Source: an uncultured Candidatus Saccharibacteria bacterium (GTDB taxonomy: Bacteria > Patescibacteriota > Minisyncoccia > Phycocordibacterales > Phycocordibacteraceae). From it: 56,488 bases of DNA. This document shows positions 8,403 through 18,138 of this stretch, piece by piece. A program made the position numbers and the translations under genes. Under the pieces are notes generated by a model. The model ran no database searches. It worked only from the letters and a program-made list of their open reading frames with translations, and was not told where the DNA came from. The stretch lies in contig CAZSKX010000004.1 of the NCBI GenBank assembly GCA_964607655.1, forward strand, positions 1 to 56,488, in the 5' to 3' direction. Within the stretch, counting starts at the first letter, position 1. Every line of letters begins with the position of its first letter.

Positions 8403-9368
8403 ATGCAGAATGATGCCTGGTTTTTTGTTGGTATCTTTATCTTCATCTTCTTGGTGTGGGTGGCGACGGGCGGCCCCACCCGCCCCATCTCGTTTGCAGG
8501 GCCTACGCTCGCCAAACCGCAGGAACTTGGGGGCGGCACGTATCTTCAGCTACCTCGCGCACCCACCAAGCTCGGAAGCAGTAAGACCACTGATTCGAGT
8601 GGAGATGTAAACTACAGTAACTACACGAGAAATTATTACGGCTCGAGTGGTTCAGGGCGTCCGCTCTCTGGGCCGTTGTACGGCATTCCCTTTGGAACAC
8701 CTTCGCCCTACACCAAAGAGATTTCGCTCTACAGCCACGTTCGTAACGCGAGCACCACAAAGGAATACTTACAGATCTCACTATCACGCAATGCGGCTGC
8801 TCCGGTACGAATCACGGGGTGGTGGTTTGAAAGCCAGATAACCGGGAAAGCGGCCGCAATCCCAGGCGGGACCGCAGTGCCCACAACTAACGGCGTGAAC
8901 CAAAAGACCAGCATCATCCTTTCACCCGGAGAAAAGGCGTACATCCACACTGGGGGTTCTCCTATTGGGACCTCCTTTCGAGAGAATAAATGTACGGGAT
9001 ACCTGAACGAGTTCCAAGACTTCTCCCCGAGTTTGAGCCGCTCCTGCCCGAGAGCTCTGAACGAGCTGCAGGCGTACTATGGCCCTTATTACCTACGAGA
9101 CACTTCTTGTGTAGATTATGTAAAAAAGATTTCAACGTGCGAGGCTGACCTGTTCCCTTCTTCTAAACTAACCCGTACCTGTCGCGACTTCGCCCGACAA
9201 TACCTCAATTACAACGGCTGCGTTGCGGCTCACAAGAACGATCCTGATTTCAGTGGCAAGACGTGGCACATTTATTTGGGCTACTCGAAGCCGCTCTGGC
9301 GCGGCCGCAGCGAAGTGATTAAGCTCCTCGACATAAACGGAAAAACAGTTGGGGTCTTTACCTACTAG
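8403..9368 (+). CDS. Membrane-anchored hypothetical protein with a lamin-tail-like domain and a Cys-rich C-terminus
   Basis: N-terminal TM (FFVGIFIFIFLVWVA). KEYLQISLS...VRITGWWFES resembles LTD signatures. Six Cys lie in the C-terminal third. Confidence 0.6.
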   Translation: MQNDAWFFVGIFIFIFLVWVATGGPTRPISFAGPTLAKPQELGGGTYLQLPRAPTKLGSSKTTDSSGDVNYSNYTRNYYGSSGSGRPLSGPLYGIPFGTPSPYTKEISLYSHVRNASTTKEYLQISLSRNAAAPVRITGWWFESQITGKAAAIPGGTAVPTTNGVNQKTSIILSPGEKAYIHTGGSPIGTSFRENKCTGYLNEFQDFSPSLSRSCPRALNELQAYYGPYYLRDTSCVDYVKKISTCEADLFPSSKLTRTCRDFARQYLNYNGCVAAHKNDPDFSGKTWHIYLGYSKPLWRGRSEVIKLLDINGKTVGVFTY

Positions 9369-9374
9369 AAACTG

Positions 9375-9447
9375 TGCGCCCGGGTGGGCTCGAACCACCG
9401 ACCAACGGCTTAAAAGGCCGCTGCTCTACCGACTGAGCTACGGGCGC
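9375..9447 (-). tRNA. tRNA-Lys (anticodon UUU)
   Basis: The reverse complement folds as GCGCCCG-TA-GCTC-AGTCGGTA-GAGC-A-GCGGC-CTTTTAA-GCCGT-TGGTC-GGTGG-TTCGAGC-CCACC-CGGGCGC-A. Confidence 0.9.
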
Positions 9448-9495
9448 GTACTCGTAATCTACTCTGTTTGCGGCACTTTTTCTAGTGGCGAGAGC

Positions 9496-10185
9496 TTAAA
9501 CCGACAGTGCGAAACGCTCGAGCGCGAGCGAGAGATCGAGACCGCCGCGCCGCGTCTCTTGGAGAAGAGTAAGGAGATTTAGAGAAAGCTTTCGTGACTC
9601 CTGTCCTGTCCAAGAACGACTTCCTTTCAACATCAGGTCGCGTGCCTTCCAGTGGAGAAGGCCGTGGAGCATCTCCGGCGCGTCGCCTGCGGCGAGCGCC
9701 CGACTGACCTCGAGCCAGAGTGCTTCCCTGTTGCGCGACGCGAGCGCGTTCACCAGAGCGGTATTAAAGCCTCGTGTCACCTCACGCTCTGTTTTTTTAT
9801 CAAACACATATACCATTTTCGCCTTAGCGCTGAGCTTTTTTAGCTTTGCGGCGGGGAGATTCGGTGCGAGAACCACGATCGCATTATCCGAGTCTGCAAG
9901 CGTGGAGAGATATTCCTCGACAACACCCCCCTTCTCTTCGTCTGTTTCAGTATCATCCTCATCACTCTTTTTGGTTGACACAAACGGGTCATCAAGCAGC
10001 ACAAGAATCCTCTGTACGAAGAGCCCACCTGCCGCAATCGCGTCTTCAAGCGCGGACCGTGTGATCTCATCTTTCGAAAGTCGCACGTAGGCGAGATTTG
10101 GCTCTTTTGCGCGCGCCTTCGCCACCCACTCGAAGGCCTTAGTGCGCACCTTATCGACGTCTGAGCCGTGGAAAAGATAGATCAT
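9496..10185 (-). CDS. holA: DNA polymerase III delta subunit-like protein
   Basis: MIYLFHGSD... with the usual delta N-terminal layout. The ATG overlaps the polA TGA (ATGA). Confidence 0.65.
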   Translation of the reverse strand: MIYLFHGSDVDKVRTKAFEWVAKARAKEPNLAYVRLSKDEITRSALEDAIAAGGLFVQRILVLLDDPFVSTKKSDEDDTETDEEKGGVVEEYLSTLADSDNAIVVLAPNLPAAKLKKLSAKAKMVYVFDKKTEREVTRGFNTALVNALASRNREALWLEVSRALAAGDAPEMLHGLLHWKARDLMLKGSRSWTGQESRKLSLNLLTLLQETRRGGLDLSLALERFALSV

Positions 10186-12581
10186 ACTTCCGTGAGACTT
10201 CCCCAATCACTCCCCGTTTTCAATACTGCCGTAAGAGGCACACCACGCGAATCTTCCTCAGGAAGAACCGATTCCATGATTTCTTTAATCTTGGGCGCGA
10301 GCTCACCAAGCCGACGATCGTTGATCTCATACACAAGCTCGTCATGCACCTGGAGAAGTAAGTACACATCCTCGGTTGCTTGCAACTCTCTGAGCATCGC
10401 ATCCACCCGCACCATCGCGAGCTTAATAACGTCTGCCGAGGTCCCTTGAATCGGCGCGTTGATCGCCATACGTTCCGCCTGTGCACGCACATACGGGAGT
10501 GAACTCTTCATCTCGGGGAACTGTCGGCGGCGACCAAACAACGTCTCGGTGTAACCGTGCTTGCGAGCAAAGCCTTTCGTTTTCTCAAGATATTCTGACA
10601 GCGTTTTAAAAGTGGCGAAGTAATTTTCAAGATACTGGTGCGCCTCGGCGGTCGTGCTGCCAAGCTGCGCCCGCAATGCATTAACTCCCATACCATAGAG
10701 AATCCCGAAGTTAATCACCTTCGCCCGACGGCGCATCTCGCTATCGACCGCACTTGGCTCTACGCCAAATACCTGCGCTGCCACCTCACGGTGTACGTCA
10801 CGCCCCGAGCGGAAAATCTCGCAGAACTTTTCATCTCCTGAGAGAATCGCCGCAATGCGCAGCTCCACCTGCGAATAGTCGAGTGCGGCAAGCGTAAACC
10901 CGGGTGACGCGATAAACGCGTGGCGGATCGCCTTCCCTCGCTCGGAGTGGAGCGGAATGTTCTGGAGATTAGGGTTCTGGCTCGCCATGCGCCCCGTTGT
11001 CGTGCCGGTTTGTATAAATTCTGCGTGGAGCCGCCCATCCGTCCCAAGAAGCGGTGGAAGGTTGTCGATATAAGTAGAAAGCAACTTCTTCAGCTCACGA
11101 TATTCGAGCACGTCACCAACGATCGGGTGTGCATCACGAATCTTCTCAAGCTCGCTTTCGCGCGTGGAGCGCTGGCCTCCCGCCGTCCGCTTCTGCTTCT
11201 CGGGGGTAATGTGGAGCTCATCGAACAGCACTTCCCCGAGCTGCTTAGGTGAGCTTACGTTGAACTCACGTCCCGCATGATCGTAGACGCTCTCCTCAAT
11301 GAGTTTAAGGTCCTTCGCATAGGTGGTGGCGAGTTTTTTTAGCACCTTCGTGTCAACGAGCACTCCACGCTCCTCCATTTGCTCGAGCACTGGGACGAGT
11401 GGCTTTTCGATCTTTTCAAAGACCGTCTCCACGCGCCCAAGCTTCTGCACCTCTTTTAGAAGCTCCTCGTAGGCCGCCTCAAGCGTCTTTTGCTTCGTAA
11501 AGACGAGAATGTCGTCAAGCGAGGGCTTGGTGAAGTCTGAAGAGATCAGCCAGAGGAGTGCGCCTGCTTCGCGCAATTTCTGCGTATCAACATCTTCTTC
11601 GACAGCGCCCTCAGCCTCTTCCTTACCCTCTGACGTTTCGATGCCCGAGACCTTTGCCACCACGGTCTTCACGCGTTCTCGGAGAGTTCTGAAGCCGAAT
11701 TCGTCACACATAGTGAGAATATTTGCCATCTCAAGGCGGTCGTACCAAGCGTTTGTAGGAAGCCCGAACGCGATTGGTGCGTCGGTGCGGATGGTGGCAA
11801 GTGACTTAGAGAATCGCGCATCCTCTTCGTGCTCCTTAAGGAGGTTTACGATGCGCGGCTTGATCCCCTTTTCTGTGAATACCACCTCTGCGTTCTTCTT
11901 CTGTAGCGCAGCGTAGAGCTCTTCAATCGAGCCAAATCCTTTAATGAGGTCGGTCGCCGTCTTCTCGCCGACGCCCGGCACACCTTTAATGTTGTCTGAC
12001 GGATCTCCCCGTAGCCCTTTGTAGTCAGGTATGAGCTCGGGCCCGAACCCATAACGCTCACGCACTGCCTTAGCGTCGTAGAGGATCGTGTCATTAATAC
12101 CTTTCTTGAGCGTATAGACGCGCACCCGGTCATCGTCAACGAGCTGGAGCGTGTCCATATCGCCCGAGGCAATAACCACATCGACGTCTTGATGAACGGC
12201 AAGTTCGTGGGCGATCGTGCCGAGCAGGTCATCAGCTTCAAATCCCGCCTTTGCGTACATCGGAATCCCAAATGCTTCAAAAACCTTATGCGCCTCGTCG
12301 AGCTGTACCGCGAGCGCGTCATCAGTCTTTGCCCGTGTGCCCTTGTACGCCTCGTATGCCTCGTGACGAATGGTCGGACCCGCCAGATCAAGACAAGCCA
12401 CGATATAGTCGGGTCGCAGGTCGGTGATGATCTTGAGAAGCATCGCCGTGAGGCCATAGAGCGCACCTGTCGGCTGCCCTTGTGGACCGGTAAACTCCGG
12501 AAGCGCGTGATACGCCCGGTGAATAATCGCGTGAGTGTCGAGGAGCACAATCCTCTTCTTGCCGAGTGCTGCTTTAGCCAT
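10182..12581 (-). CDS. polA: DNA polymerase I
   Basis: 5-prime nuclease domain (LLDTHAIIHRAYHA, GDPSDNIKGVPGVGEKTA) and family A polymerase motifs (DYSQVELRI, RRRAKVINFGILYGM, QVHDELV). Confidence 0.95.
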   Translation of the reverse strand: MAKAALGKKRIVLLDTHAIIHRAYHALPEFTGPQGQPTGALYGLTAMLLKIITDLRPDYIVACLDLAGPTIRHEAYEAYKGTRAKTDDALAVQLDEAHKVFEAFGIPMYAKAGFEADDLLGTIAHELAVHQDVDVVIASGDMDTLQLVDDDRVRVYTLKKGINDTILYDAKAVRERYGFGPELIPDYKGLRGDPSDNIKGVPGVGEKTATDLIKGFGSIEELYAALQKKNAEVVFTEKGIKPRIVNLLKEHEEDARFSKSLATIRTDAPIAFGLPTNAWYDRLEMANILTMCDEFGFRTLRERVKTVVAKVSGIETSEGKEEAEGAVEEDVDTQKLREAGALLWLISSDFTKPSLDDILVFTKQKTLEAAYEELLKEVQKLGRVETVFEKIEKPLVPVLEQMEERGVLVDTKVLKKLATTYAKDLKLIEESVYDHAGREFNVSSPKQLGEVLFDELHITPEKQKRTAGGQRSTRESELEKIRDAHPIVGDVLEYRELKKLLSTYIDNLPPLLGTDGRLHAEFIQTGTTTGRMASQNPNLQNIPLHSERGKAIRHAFIASPGFTLAALDYSQVELRIAAILSGDEKFCEIFRSGRDVHREVAAQVFGVEPSAVDSEMRRRAKVINFGILYGMGVNALRAQLGSTTAEAHQYLENYFATFKTLSEYLEKTKGFARKHGYTETLFGRRRQFPEMKSSLPYVRAQAERMAINAPIQGTSADVIKLAMVRVDAMLRELQATEDVYLLLQVHDELVYEINDRRLGELAPKIKEIMESVLPEEDSRGVPLTAVLKTGSDWGSLTEV

Positions 12582-13011
12582 AGATCAGTTTTCGCCCAGT
12601 CTCTGAGAGCGCCTCGATTGTGATGGTCGTCGCGGACACGAAAGTCTCGAGACCCACCTTTTCGGGCCATTCGAGCATGATGAGATCCTTCGGATCCTTA
12701 AGAAGTTCGTCGAAAGCCAGTGGCGCAAGCTCCTCTGGTCCTTCGAGTCGATACGCATCAATGTGGATCAGTCTTTGGTACCGCCCGTCGTTTGGGACCT
12801 GATAGATCTTCTCCAGAACAAATGTAGGGCTATTGACCACGCCCTCGATACCCAGCGTTTGCGCCACGGCTTTTACGAAGGCCGTCTTCCCCGCCCCCAA
12901 GTTGCCCGACAGGAGCACTAAAGTGGCACGGTCTCTATTAGGGACTAGTTCTCGGGCAAACCGAGCGGCCTCGGCCTCAAATGCTTCGAGACTGTGTGTT
13001 TCAACTGCCAT
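12574..13011 (-). CDS. tsaE: tRNA t6A biosynthesis ATPase TsaE
   Basis: LLSGNLGAGKTAFVK...VNSPTFVL...HIDAYRL. Confidence 0.85.
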   Translation of the reverse strand: MAVETHSLEAFEAEAARFARELVPNRDRATLVLLSGNLGAGKTAFVKAVAQTLGIEGVVNSPTFVLEKIYQVPNDGRYQRLIHIDAYRLEGPEELAPLAFDELLKDPKDLIMLEWPEKVGLETFVSATTITIEALSETGRKLIYG

Positions 13012-13080
13012 AGCCTCTATTGTACCGCCGAAACAGAAAAACACCCCTGCCAGAGTCGGCCTGAGTGGTATGATGTCCGC

Positions 13081-14751
13081 ATGGATCTACCGTTTGATGT
13101 AGAAAAAGAGGCTGAAAAAATCGCTGGCGTACGGGAACGCGAGGAAGAGGATGTCCAACAGATTCTCTCGCAAAAGTACGGGATCCCCTACACAGACCTG
13201 ACGCTCCACGAGATCGATAGCGAGGCCTTACGAACTATCCCCGAGGCCGAGGCTCGCGCTGCCGGCATTGCCGCTTTTGGCCGGGTTGCCCAAGAACTTT
13301 CTGTTGGCGTTCACAATCCTAATAGCGAAGCCCTACAGCCCGTTCTCGAGAAATTAACCGAACGAGGCTTTACTCTTAAACAATATCTGGTCTCAAGGAA
13401 GAGTCTTGAAAGGGCCTGGGACCGGTATGCTGACATCTCACTGAGCGTCGTGTCGAAGCCGGGAACTTTTACTGTTCGTCCTGAAACGGTCAAAAAGTTG
13501 TTGGATGCACCAAATCCTCACGCCGCACTTAAGTCAGAATTCGAAACTAGTGCTGCCGGAAAAACACTCGACCACGTTTCTTATATTTTCGAGCTTGTCT
13601 TAGCTGGCGCATTTGCTCTACGTTCATCTGACATCCACTTCGAACCCGACGAGACCCGCACACGCCTGCGCCTGCGTATTGACGGCCTCCTTACCGACAT
13701 CCACTACTTCGACAGCAAAACTTACCAGCAAATAAAATCACGCATCAAGCTCTTGTCGGGTATTAAACTCAACGTAACGAACCGGGCTCAAGACGGCCGC
13801 TTCTCTATCGTGCGTGGTGAGGACGAGATCGAGATGCGCGTGTCGTTTATTCCTGGCAACTTCGGCGAATCGATCGTGATGCGTATTCTCGACCCCAAGG
13901 CGACCATGGTTTCGTATAAGGACCTGGGTATTAATGACAAACTGCTCAAGCGACTCGAGACGGAGATCCGGCGACCAAACGGCATGCTCCTCACAACCGG
14001 CCCCACCGGCTCAGGCAAGACGACCACTCTTTACTCGTTCTTGCGAGGTATCCACTCGCCCGACATCAAGATCATCACCATCGAGGATCCGGTTGAATAC
14101 CACCTCGAAGGCATCGTGCAAACTCAGGTCGAAGGGGACAAATATACCTTTGCCGAGGGTCTGCGCTCGATCGTGCGTCAGGACCCCGACGTGATCATGG
14201 TCGGCGAGATCCGCGACGGCGAGACAGCTGGTATTGCCGTCCAAGCATCGCTCACGGGCCACTTCGTGTTCTCGACTATCCACACCAATGACGCTGCCGG
14301 CACCTTCCCCCGCTTGGTCGACCTCGGTGTTGATCCAAAATCGTTTGGCTCGGCCCTCACAGTAGCCATGGCGCAACGTCTGGTGCGCAAGCTTGACCCC
14401 ACCAAGAGGAAAGAGCGTCCACTCACTGATGAAGAAAAAGCGCGTATTGGCCGCGTGTTTGAAGCCTTCCCAGATAAGTCGCTCGTCCCCACCAAGCTTG
14501 AAACGGTCTGGGAGCCGGCACCTACGGCAGAAGGCGAAACGGGTTACCACGGACGCATTGGTCTTTATGAGGCTATTTTTATGGATGACCAGTTGGCGGA
14601 GATTCTTCGTGATAACCCACCTTCCCACGAAATCAATAAAGCAGTTGCTGGCCAAGGATGTCTCACCATGGCTCAGGACGGAATTCTCAAGGCACTCGAA
14701 GGCGTTACCACGCTCGACGAGGTGATCGCCACAGTTAACGTGCCTGCGTAG
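13081..14751 (+). CDS. GspE/PilB-family secretion ATPase (orphan paralog)
   Basis: N-terminal T2SSE_N-like region, Walker A TGPTGSGKTTT, Asp box, Walker B IMVGEIRD and His box STIHTN. The track start at 12994 overlaps tsaE, so the ATG at 13081 is preferred. Confidence 0.88.
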   Translation: MDLPFDVEKEAEKIAGVREREEEDVQQILSQKYGIPYTDLTLHEIDSEALRTIPEAEARAAGIAAFGRVAQELSVGVHNPNSEALQPVLEKLTERGFTLKQYLVSRKSLERAWDRYADISLSVVSKPGTFTVRPETVKKLLDAPNPHAALKSEFETSAAGKTLDHVSYIFELVLAGAFALRSSDIHFEPDETRTRLRLRIDGLLTDIHYFDSKTYQQIKSRIKLLSGIKLNVTNRAQDGRFSIVRGEDEIEMRVSFIPGNFGESIVMRILDPKATMVSYKDLGINDKLLKRLETEIRRPNGMLLTTGPTGSGKTTTLYSFLRGIHSPDIKIITIEDPVEYHLEGIVQTQVEGDKYTFAEGLRSIVRQDPDVIMVGEIRDGETAGIAVQASLTGHFVFSTIHTNDAAGTFPRLVDLGVDPKSFGSALTVAMAQRLVRKLDPTKRKERPLTDEEKARIGRVFEAFPDKSLVPTKLETVWEPAPTAEGETGYHGRIGLYEAIFMDDQLAEILRDNPPSHEINKAVAGQGCLTMAQDGILKALEGVTTLDEVIATVNVPA

Positions 14752-14962
14752 ACCAAAAACAAAAAGATCCTGTATATATTCCCCCAGGCAAAACCCGCAA
14801 AAATCTGCGGGGAGCACGAAACACCTGAGAAACACCACAGCAACACCACCGAAGCAGTGAACCACGATGCCCTTGGGGAGACGCGCGAAGCCGTCAAGCC
14901 TTGCCTAGAGGAATATGCACAAGATCAGTCTGTGGTAGAATGGTAGCACACACCTAGGTTTT

Positions 14963-15958
14963 ATGTCAACCCCTCCGACAAAACCCCCTTTTGTTCCTGA
15001 AGTGCTTGATCTGGCGCTCCGACCGAGCGCATGGGACGAATATGTAGGCCAAAAGCAAGTGAAAGCGAACGTCCGAATCGCCATTGACGCCGCAAAAAAG
15101 CGCGGCAGCATGCCCGAGCACTTTCTTTTTTACGGTCCCCCAGGTGTTGGCAAGACCACCCTCGCTCACCTGGTCGCGAACGCTCTTGAAGTACCGCTTA
15201 AAACCACCTCTGGCGTGGCAATAGAGCGCGCAGGGGACCTTGCCGCAATCCTCACGAACCTTGATGAGAGCAGCGTGCTTTTTATCGATGAGATTCATCG
15301 TCTTTCACACAAGATCGAGGAGCTTCTCTATCCAGCGCTCGAAGACGGCCATCTCGATCTCGTGCTCGGCAAGGGCCCTTCGGCAAGGACTGTTGAGCTT
15401 GCCCTCCCCCGCTTCACCCTTGTCGGCGCGACGACGCGCATGGCGGACCTGTCAGGACCGTTGCGCTCGCGTTTTGGAGGAGGCGTCTACCAACTCGATT
15501 TCTATGGCGAAGAAGACCTTCGCGACATTATCCGTCGTTCTGCACGCATGCTCGCGATCGAGGCGCCAGATGAGGTTATCGAACAAATCGCTCTTCGTAG
15601 CCGGGCCACCCCTCGTGTAGCAAATACGCTATTAAAACGGGTCCGTGATTACGCCGAAGTCAACGAACAGCCCCTCTCCCGAGAATTACTTGATGCTGCG
15701 TGCACAATGTTCGGCATTGATGCGCTGGGGCTCACCAAGGACGACCGGCGATACCTCGAAACACTTAAAACGAGTTTCCATGGTGGCCCCGCGGGCATTC
15801 GCGCACTTGCAGCGGCGCTTCACGAAGATCCCGACACCGTTGAACATGTGTATGAACCCTATCTCTTACGCCTCGCCTTCATCGAGCGCTCTCCACGTGG
15901 CCGCATCCTTACCAAAGCAGGTCGTGAGTACCTTGAGGAGACCACTTCTCTCTTTTGA
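14963..15958 (+). CDS. ruvB: Holliday junction DNA helicase RuvB
   Basis: LRPSAWDEYVGQ, GPPGVGKTTLA, LFIDEIHRL, a sensor region and a winged-helix tail. Confidence 0.95.
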   Translation: MSTPPTKPPFVPEVLDLALRPSAWDEYVGQKQVKANVRIAIDAAKKRGSMPEHFLFYGPPGVGKTTLAHLVANALEVPLKTTSGVAIERAGDLAAILTNLDESSVLFIDEIHRLSHKIEELLYPALEDGHLDLVLGKGPSARTVELALPRFTLVGATTRMADLSGPLRSRFGGGVYQLDFYGEEDLRDIIRRSARMLAIEAPDEVIEQIALRSRATPRVANTLLKRVRDYAEVNEQPLSRELLDAACTMFGIDALGLTKDDRRYLETLKTSFHGGPAGIRALAAALHEDPDTVEHVYEPYLLRLAFIERSPRGRILTKAGREYLEETTSLF

Positions 15959-15960
15959 CT

Positions 15961-16518
15961 ATGGCCGGACATAGTAAATGGGCACAGATCAAACGACAAA
16001 AGGCCGTAACTGACGCAGCTAAAGGTCGCATTTTTTCTAGGTTCTCTCGCGAGATCACGCTCGAGTCTAAAAAAGCCGGTGGCAGTGTCACCGCTCCTGG
16101 GCTTGCGGCAGTCATTTCGCGCGCCAAGGCAGCCAATATGCCAAAGGACAATATCGACCGCGCTGTCGCGAAGGGAGTGAGTAAAGACGCTGGCGACGTC
16201 GAGCAGGTCGTCTATGAATTCTATGGCCCTGGTGGCATCGCGGTTGTTGTTTCAGCGCTTACGGATAGCCGCAACCGCACCACACAAGAGATTAAACTCA
16301 TGCTGACAAAAAACGGGTTCGACCTCGGCACCCCCGGGAGTGCGACGTGGGCGTTTACGAAATCTCCTGAGGGTCGATTTGCCCCTAACGAGCCACTTAT
16401 AGAGGTTAGCGATCAGGATGAGAGACGGCTTTCGAACATTATGACCTTACTCGATGAGCAGGATGATGTGCAGTTAATAGCAACTAACGCCCGTGGTTAT
16501 GAAAGTTCTGGCGATTGA
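15961..16518 (+). CDS. yebC: YebC/PmpR-family protein (short form)
   Basis: MAGHSKWAQIKRQKAVTDAAKG is the canonical N-terminus. Confidence 0.88.
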   Translation: MAGHSKWAQIKRQKAVTDAAKGRIFSRFSREITLESKKAGGSVTAPGLAAVISRAKAANMPKDNIDRAVAKGVSKDAGDVEQVVYEFYGPGGIAVVVSALTDSRNRTTQEIKLMLTKNGFDLGTPGSATWAFTKSPEGRFAPNEPLIEVSDQDERRLSNIMTLLDEQDDVQLIATNARGYESSGD

Positions 16519-16978
16519 CCCCGGATACGGTCGACTTGGTATCGCCGTGGTGGAAGGCGATCCGTCTCGGCCCACACTTGTGATGAGCGCCTGTCTTGTT
16601 CCTGATGAAGACGAACCCTCGCTTCGCCTCGCCGAGATCGCACGAACCATACAGGAAGCCATTCACTCACACCGTCCCGACATCCTTGGTATTGAAACGC
16701 TGTTTTTCAGCACCAACAAGAAAACTGCCCTGGGAGTGGCGGAAGCGCGCGGCGCCATACTCGCAACCGCCGGACTAGCCAACCTCCCCGTCGTCGAATG
16801 TAGCCCCCAAGAAGTAAAGCTGGCGGTGACGGGGCACGGCGCCGCCGACAAGAAAGCCATTGCGCTTATGCTGCCCAAACTCATCACTCTTCCAGAAAGA
16901 AAGCGTCTCGACGACGAACTTGATGCGATCGCAGTAGGAATCACGACGCTTACTATGGGTCGTATCCGTATTCGATGA
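16499..16978 (+). CDS. ruvC: Crossover junction endodeoxyribonuclease RuvC
   Basis: MKVLAIDPGYGRLGIAVV... and DELDAIAVGI carry the catalytic acidic residues. Confidence 0.9.
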   Translation: MKVLAIDPGYGRLGIAVVEGDPSRPTLVMSACLVPDEDEPSLRLAEIARTIQEAIHSHRPDILGIETLFFSTNKKTALGVAEARGAILATAGLANLPVVECSPQEVKLAVTGHGAADKKAIALMLPKLITLPERKRLDDELDAIAVGITTLTMGRIRIR

Positions 16979-17943
16979 CCCATACCGAGCAAGGCGCCCA
17001 TGCGCTACAAGGGCGTATATTGCGGGGAGAACTCTCCGAAGAAGAGCTGCTTTCTGTTTTTGAAACCCTCGATCGTCCGCTCGAACCTGAAGAATTTCAA
17101 GGCTTTTATCGAGCTTCTCTGGAGGCAATGACGCCGGTTGAGGTCGACATTCCTTGTCTCGATACTTGTGGGACAGGTGGCGACGGACTAAACACGTTTA
17201 ATATCTCAACCGCTGCGGCTATTGTCTGCGCTGCACTCGGCATTCCCGTCGCTAAACATGGTAACCGATCAGCCTCAGGTGCGTGTGGGAGCGCGGACGT
17301 GCTCGAGGAGCTCGGCGTCCCTATCGTGCTTGGTGCAGAGGGGGTCGCGCGTTCGATCAAAACAACAAACTTCGGTTTTATGTTCGCGCCAAACTTTCAT
17401 CCCGCATTCAAACACGCTTCTTCTGCGCGCAAACGCTTTGGTAAACGTACATATTTCAATCTCCTCGGCCCCCTCTTAAACCCAGCTCACGCTCCGTATC
17501 GGGTCGTGGGAGTGTCTGATCCAGGCCATCATACACTCATTGGCCCCACCCTCCTTTCAGCGGGCGCAAGGCGGGTGTGGGTGGTATACGGCGCAGATGG
17601 TATGGATGAAATCTCGCCCACTGGCCCAACGACCATCTGGGAGTATGCGCCGACACACACTTGCTCATTCGAGCTCGAGCCCGCAGCGTTTGGGATACCA
17701 CAAACACAGCTGTCTGAGCTTGCGGGTGGCGACCGGACAATAAACGCGTCAATTTTGAAGGCGCTCCTTTCTGGGGGCGGCTCACCAGCCCAACAAAACG
17801 CTGTGGCGCTCACGGTCGCTGCCGGATTGGTGGTAACCGGACACTCCGGAGAGTATGTTTCGGCGCTAGAAAAAGTTCGTGAAGCCTTTCTTAATCCACA
17901 CCTCTTTCAGAAAACCCTTGCGAAAATTATTCAATTCGCTTAA
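16975..17943 (+). CDS. Glycosyl transferase family 3 protein (anthranilate phosphoribosyltransferase/TrpD-like)
   Basis: CGTGGDGLNTFNISTAAA and KHGNRSASGACGSADVLE motifs, 322 aa. The ATG overlaps the ruvC stop (ATGA). Confidence 0.75.
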   Translation: MTHTEQGAHALQGRILRGELSEEELLSVFETLDRPLEPEEFQGFYRASLEAMTPVEVDIPCLDTCGTGGDGLNTFNISTAAAIVCAALGIPVAKHGNRSASGACGSADVLEELGVPIVLGAEGVARSIKTTNFGFMFAPNFHPAFKHASSARKRFGKRTYFNLLGPLLNPAHAPYRVVGVSDPGHHTLIGPTLLSAGARRVWVVYGADGMDEISPTGPTTIWEYAPTHTCSFELEPAAFGIPQTQLSELAGGDRTINASILKALLSGGGSPAQQNAVALTVAAGLVVTGHSGEYVSALEKVREAFLNPHLFQKTLAKIIQFA

Positions 17944-17977
17944 ATATATTCGTTCCCTAAGGACTAACCTATTCACT

Positions 17978-18124
17978 ATGATTGATGATGAGCTGTTGGA
18001 CGCTTTTGATACGGGGGAGGATGCGAAAGAAGAGCTTAACTTGGCAGACGAAGAAGACAGCACGGCCGATACGGATGATGTTGACGAAATGGACGGATTC
18101 CATGAGGAAGTAGAGGGCTACTAG
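17978..18124 (+). CDS. Possible small, highly acidic protein (48 aa)
   Basis: MIDDELLDAFDTGEDAKEELNLADEEDSTADTDDVDEMDGFHEEVEGY. AAGGA lies 14 nt upstream. Support is weak. Confidence 0.3.
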   Translation: MIDDELLDAFDTGEDAKEELNLADEEDSTADTDDVDEMDGFHEEVEGY

Positions 18125-18138
18125 GCCACAAAACGCGT

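Noticed and set aside
11846-12670. 274-aa minus-strand ORF in another frame of polA/tsaE
   Set aside because: It is an Arg/Ser-rich out-of-frame translation of polA, and polA itself is continuous and motif-complete.
14011-14865. 284-aa minus-strand ORF
   Set aside because: It is antisense to the PilB-like ATPase, whose Walker A/B and His box lie on the plus strand.
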